64,000 nucleotides of DNA from Oxalobacteraceae bacterium (lineage in GTDB: Bacteria; Pseudomonadota; Gammaproteobacteria; Burkholderiales; Burkholderiaceae_D), in NCBI GenBank assembly GCA_021768485.1, contig JAIZVZ010000008.1, positions 8,736-72,735 of the forward strand, in the 5' to 3' direction. This document shows positions 60,684-64,000 of the stretch, piece after piece. The notes beneath the pieces were generated by a model, which saw nothing but the letters and a program-made list of their open reading frames with translations, did no database searches and had not been told where the DNA came from. The position numbers and the translations under genes were made by a program. Every line of letters starts with the position of its first letter. Within the stretch, counting starts at the first letter, position 1.

Positions 60684-61610
60684 TCAGTTCAGGCGTGCCA
60701 GATGGCGGCGAACCGACAGCACGGCGCCGAGCAAGCCGAGGCCGCTGGCAATTGCCAGCAAGAGCACGGTCGACAGCGGCCCGAGCGGCGCCAGCTGGAA
60801 TTCGGACGCATACAGACGGGCAAACTCGGCCAGCGCGCCGTTGAGCGGACGCAGCGCCAGCGCCACCGCGCCGAGCGCCAGCGCGCCGGCCAGAAAGCCG
60901 AGCAAGGCGCCGGTGTAATAAAACGGCCGGTGGATGAAGGAATCGGTGGCGCCGATCAGCTTGGAGACGGCGATTTCATCGGTTTGCGTCATCACCTGCA
61001 GCCGCACGGTATTGAAGACTACCGCAATGACCACCACGCCCAGCGTCGCCGCCAGAATCAGCAGTGCCATGCGCAGCACGGCCAGCAATGCCGCCAGCCG
61101 CTTGACCCAGGCCGAATCGACTTGCACGTTTTCGACCCCCGGCAAGTCTTGCAATTGCTGGGCGATGGCATCGATGCGCGAGGCGTCGCCGACGGTTTGA
61201 AAGCCGCCGAGCTTGACGATGTAGCTGTCGGGCAGCGGGTTGCTGCCGAGCGTGGTCAGGACGTCGGACAGGCCGCTCTTGCTCTTGAGCGCTTCGAGCG
61301 CCTTTTCACGCGAGACGAAAATGATTTTTGCGGTTTGCTTGTTGCTGCCGAGCGCGCTGCGGATCGACGAGGCCAGGGCAACGGCATCGTCGTGCGGCGT
61401 CAGCTGGGCCAGGAAGACGCTGATCTCGGGTTCGACCGCCAGTTGATCGGCCAGCGGCCGGACGTTTTCGAGCACCGTCATGCCGGCAAACGGCAGGGCG
61501 AGCGCAATTGCCACCACGATCACATTGAACAAAAAGCTGCCGGGCGCCTTGCGCAGATTGCCGAGCGCCGCCTTCATGGCAAAACCGTGTTGCCGGAGCC
61601 AGGTATTCAT
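60684..61610 (-). CDS. ftsX: cell division ABC transporter permease FtsX
   Basis: 308 aa with four transmembrane segments. Its start overlaps the ftsE stop by 4 nt. Confidence 0.92.
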   Translation of the reverse strand: MNTWLRQHGFAMKAALGNLRKAPGSFLFNVIVVAIALALPFAGMTVLENVRPLADQLAVEPEISVFLAQLTPHDDAVALASSIRSALGSNKQTAKIIFVSREKALEALKSKSGLSDVLTTLGSNPLPDSYIVKLGGFQTVGDASRIDAIAQQLQDLPGVENVQVDSAWVKRLAALLAVLRMALLILAATLGVVVIAVVFNTVRLQVMTQTDEIAVSKLIGATDSFIHRPFYYTGALLGFLAGALALGAVALALRPLNGALAEFARLYASEFQLAPLGPLSTVLLLAIASGLGLLGAVLSVRRHLARLN

Positions 61611-62365
61611 GGCGCCTCCGGTGCAGGCGCGCTGGGCGCATCGTCGGGCGCAGCGTCGGGCTCGGCGCTGGCATTCGGCGCCGCGCCGCCGGCTTTGGTC
61701 GCCGCATTCGAGTAGGACGCCATGATGCTGCCGTGGCCGAGTACGATCAGGCGGTTGGCGCGGTCGAGGATTTGTTCGTCATGGCTGGAAATGAGGCAAG
61801 TGACGCCGGCGGCGTGAAAAATCTTCAGCGCGTCGAGCACCAGATTGGCGCTGGCGCGGTCGAGGTTGGCGGTCGGTTCGTCGGCCAGGATGATTTGCGG
61901 GCGGTTGACGATGGCGCGGGCAATGGCGACGCGCTGCTGTTCGCCGCCCGACAGGCTCAGCGGCTTGGCTTGCGCGCGGTCCAGCAGGCCGACCTTGTCG
62001 AGCGCGGCGCGGGCGCGCTTGTCGGCCTGCGCGCCGGAGGCGCCGGTCACCGTCAGCGGCAGCATCACATTGGCCAGAATCGAGCGGTCCAGCAGCAGGC
62101 ACGGTTGCTGGAAGACGATGCCCAGATTGCGGCGCAGGAAAGGGATGGCGCCGCGCTTGATCTTGCCGACGTCCTGGCCGAAAACGTGCAGGCTGCCCGC
62201 GGTCGGCCGCTCGATGGCGGCAATCAGTTTCAGGATGGTCGACTTGCCGGCGCCGGACGGTCCGGCCAGAAACACCAGTTCACCGCGCGCGACATCGAAA
62301 GAGACGTCGTTCAAGGCGCGCGTGTCGCGCCCGTACTGCTTGGAGATATGTTGAAATTGAATCAT
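61607..62365 (-). CDS. ftsE: cell division ATP-binding protein FtsE with an Ala/Pro-rich C-terminal tail
   Basis: [42 protein letters not shown]. Confidence 0.93.
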   Translation of the reverse strand: MIQFQHISKQYGRDTRALNDVSFDVARGELVFLAGPSGAGKSTILKLIAAIERPTAGSLHVFGQDVGKIKRGAIPFLRRNLGIVFQQPCLLLDRSILANVMLPLTVTGASGAQADKRARAALDKVGLLDRAQAKPLSLSGGEQQRVAIARAIVNRPQIILADEPTANLDRASANLVLDALKIFHAAGVTCLISSHDEQILDRANRLIVLGHGSIMASYSNAATKAGGAAPNASAEPDAAPDDAPSAPAPEAP

Positions 62366-62410
62366 CGCTTTCGGGTCACCTCAATCATGCAATCGCGCCC
62401 GGGCCCGGTT

Positions 62411-63451
62411 TCAGCCCAGCAGCGCATCGACGAATTCTTCCGCATTAAAAGGCTGCAAATCCTCTATTTTTTCACCGACGCCGATGAAATACACCGGTAT
62501 CGGCCGTGTGCGCGCAATGGCGGCAATCACGCCGCCCTTGGCCGTGCCGTCAAGCTTGGTGATGACCAGTCCGGTCAATCCCAAGGCATCGTCGAAGGCT
62601 TTTACTTGCGCAAGTGCATTTTGCCCCGTATTGCCGTCAATGACCAGCAACACTTCGTGCGGCGCGCCTTCCAGGCCTTTGCCGAGCACGCGTTTGACCT
62701 TTTTTAATTCTTCCATCAGATGCAGCTGGGTCGGCAGACGGCCGGCGGTGTCGACCATCACCACATTGATGGCGCGCGCCTTGGCCGATTGCACGGCGTC
62801 GAAGGCGACGGCGGCCGGGTCGCCCGACTCCTGGGCGATGACGGTCACGTTGTTGCGCTGGCCCCAGACCGTCAATTGTTCGCGGGCGGCGGCGCGGAAG
62901 GTGTCGCCGGCGGCCAGCAGCACCGATTGCTGGTGCGCTTGCAAATGCTTGGCCAGCTTGCCGATGGTGGTGGTCTTGCCGGCACCGTTGACGCCGGCAA
63001 TCATCATCACCAGCGGCTGATGGCGGTTCAATTCGAACGGTTTTTGCAACGGCAGCAAAAGCGCGTGCAGCAATTGCTTCAGCGCCGCCTTGACTTCTTC
63101 GGCCGTCAGCAATTTTTCATTCCTGACTTTGGCCTTGAGCGTGTCGAGTAAAAAAGCGGTGGCCTCGATGCCGGCATCGGCCATCAGCAGCGCCGCCTCG
63201 AGCTCATCGAATAAGTCGTCGTCGATCTTGGCGCCGACAAACAAGACGCTCAGATTGGCCGAGGTCTTCGACAGCCCCGCTTTCAGGCGCGACAGCCAGC
63301 CGGCTTTGGCGCTTTGCTGGTCGGTCTCGGCGGCTGGCGCGGTCGTGCCGGCCAGCGTATCGCCCGGCGCAGCGTGGGCAGCAGGGGCGGCGTCCGGGGT
63401 GTCTGGCGGCAGCGTCGGTGGCGCGGGTTTTTTCTTAAAAAAACTAAACAT
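62411..63451 (-). CDS. ftsY: signal recognition particle receptor FtsY
   Basis: GVNGAGKTTTIGK, DTAGR, TKLDGTAKGG. The N-terminus is acidic and Ala/Pro-rich. Confidence 0.93.
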   Translation of the reverse strand: MFSFFKKKPAPPTLPPDTPDAAPAAHAAPGDTLAGTTAPAAETDQQSAKAGWLSRLKAGLSKTSANLSVLFVGAKIDDDLFDELEAALLMADAGIEATAFLLDTLKAKVRNEKLLTAEEVKAALKQLLHALLLPLQKPFELNRHQPLVMMIAGVNGAGKTTTIGKLAKHLQAHQQSVLLAAGDTFRAAAREQLTVWGQRNNVTVIAQESGDPAAVAFDAVQSAKARAINVVMVDTAGRLPTQLHLMEELKKVKRVLGKGLEGAPHEVLLVIDGNTGQNALAQVKAFDDALGLTGLVITKLDGTAKGGVIAAIARTRPIPVYFIGVGEKIEDLQPFNAEEFVDALLG

Positions 63452-63573
63452 GTATGTGTGGCAATCCTAACAAGCGGGTGACCGTGCGGCAGGCCGGAGA
63501 TGCCGGTATTTTAACAGAGGCCGGCGGGCAAACGACGGCAAATGACGGCCGGCGATGGCAAAGGCGGCAACGC

Positions 63574-64000
63574 TTATTTTCGCTTCTGCTGCGCCGCCGT
63601 GCGGATCGCTTCGAGCGTCAGGTTGGGCGTGATCAGATTGCCGTCGTAGCGCAACTCGATCAGGGCCGGCAATTGCCGGTCCTGCGCAAAAGCCAGCGCA
63701 CGCTGCAGCGCCGGCGCAAACTCGGCGGTGCAGCTGACCAGTTCGCCGTGGCCGCCGTAGGCCCGGGCCAGGGCGCCGAAATCGGGATTGTGCAGCTGGG
63801 TGCCCGAGACGCGTCCGGGATAGTCGCGTTCCTGGTGCATGCGGATGGTGCCGAACATCTGGTTGTTAAAGACGATGAGCACGACGCCGGCCCGGTACTG
63901 GACCGCGGTGGCCAGTTCCTGGCTATTCATCAGATAGTCGCCGTCGCCGCTGAAGGCGATCACGCAGCGCTCGGGGGCGACGATCTTGGCGGCGATCGCG
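63574..64000 (-). CDS. thiamine pyrophosphate-dependent enzyme (acetolactate synthase-like), C-terminal part; the 5' end lies outside the window
   Basis: TPP-binding motif GDGDYLMNSQELATA...NN. The frame stays open to the window edge. Confidence 0.75.
   Translation of the reverse strand, partial: AIAAKIVAPERCVIAFSGDGDYLMNSQELATAVQYRAGVVLIVFNNQMFGTIRMHQERDYPGRVSGTQLHNPDFGALARAYGGHGELVSCTAEFAPALQRALAFAQDRQLPALIELRYDGNLITPNLTLEAIRTAAQQKRK

Overview
This looks like a core chromosomal segment of a GC-rich betaproteobacterium. Gene order and protein signatures resemble Burkholderiales/Oxalobacteraceae, but that is inference only. Genes are densely packed and mostly housekeeping. In order: gltB (3' end)-gltD; a dgt-like HD hydrolase; mlaF-E-D-A-C-B, an ABC-2 exporter, then ibaG-murA-hisG-hisD-[DNA methyltransferase]-hisC-hisB-hisH-hisA-hisF-hisI-hisE-HIT-tatABC; a spermidine-synthase-like gene; fmt-def divergent from LysM-dprA-smg-type IA topoisomerase; a CDF transporter; a Ser/Thr/Pro-rich lipoprotein; ogt and an ada-alkA fusion; mtnN; two consecutive ABC systems; DUF3667, DUF3717, hldC, trmL, comF, bioC; a complete aa3 cytochrome oxidase structural and biogenesis cluster (coxB, coxA, small assembly ORF, ctaG, DUF2970, coxC, DUF2909, SURF1, ctaA, ctaB, SCO); a RES-Xre toxin-antitoxin pair; an aldo/keto reductase; ftsY-ftsE-ftsX-rpoH; and a TPP-enzyme fragment. 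I saw no rRNA, tRNA, CRISPR array, transposase or integrase. Five things seem most worth a second look. (1) One ABC system has an approx. 13-helix permease fused to a probably periplasmic M1 metallopeptidase domain whose GxMEN motif is degenerate. (2) Short tandem arrays with 11-14 nt units recur immediately 5' of start codons. One is a 13-nt array that builds a relay of ATGA-coupled, His-codon-containing mini-ORFs ending on the hisH start. Another is an 11-nt phased TTGGCA array at the topoisomerase promoter. (3) An orphan beta-class DNA methyltransferase sits inside the his operon. (4) A RES-Xre module lies next to the oxidase cluster. (5) A 38-codon ORF between coxA and ctaG is missing from the ORF track. 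All family calls come from motif recognition by eye; no database search was run.
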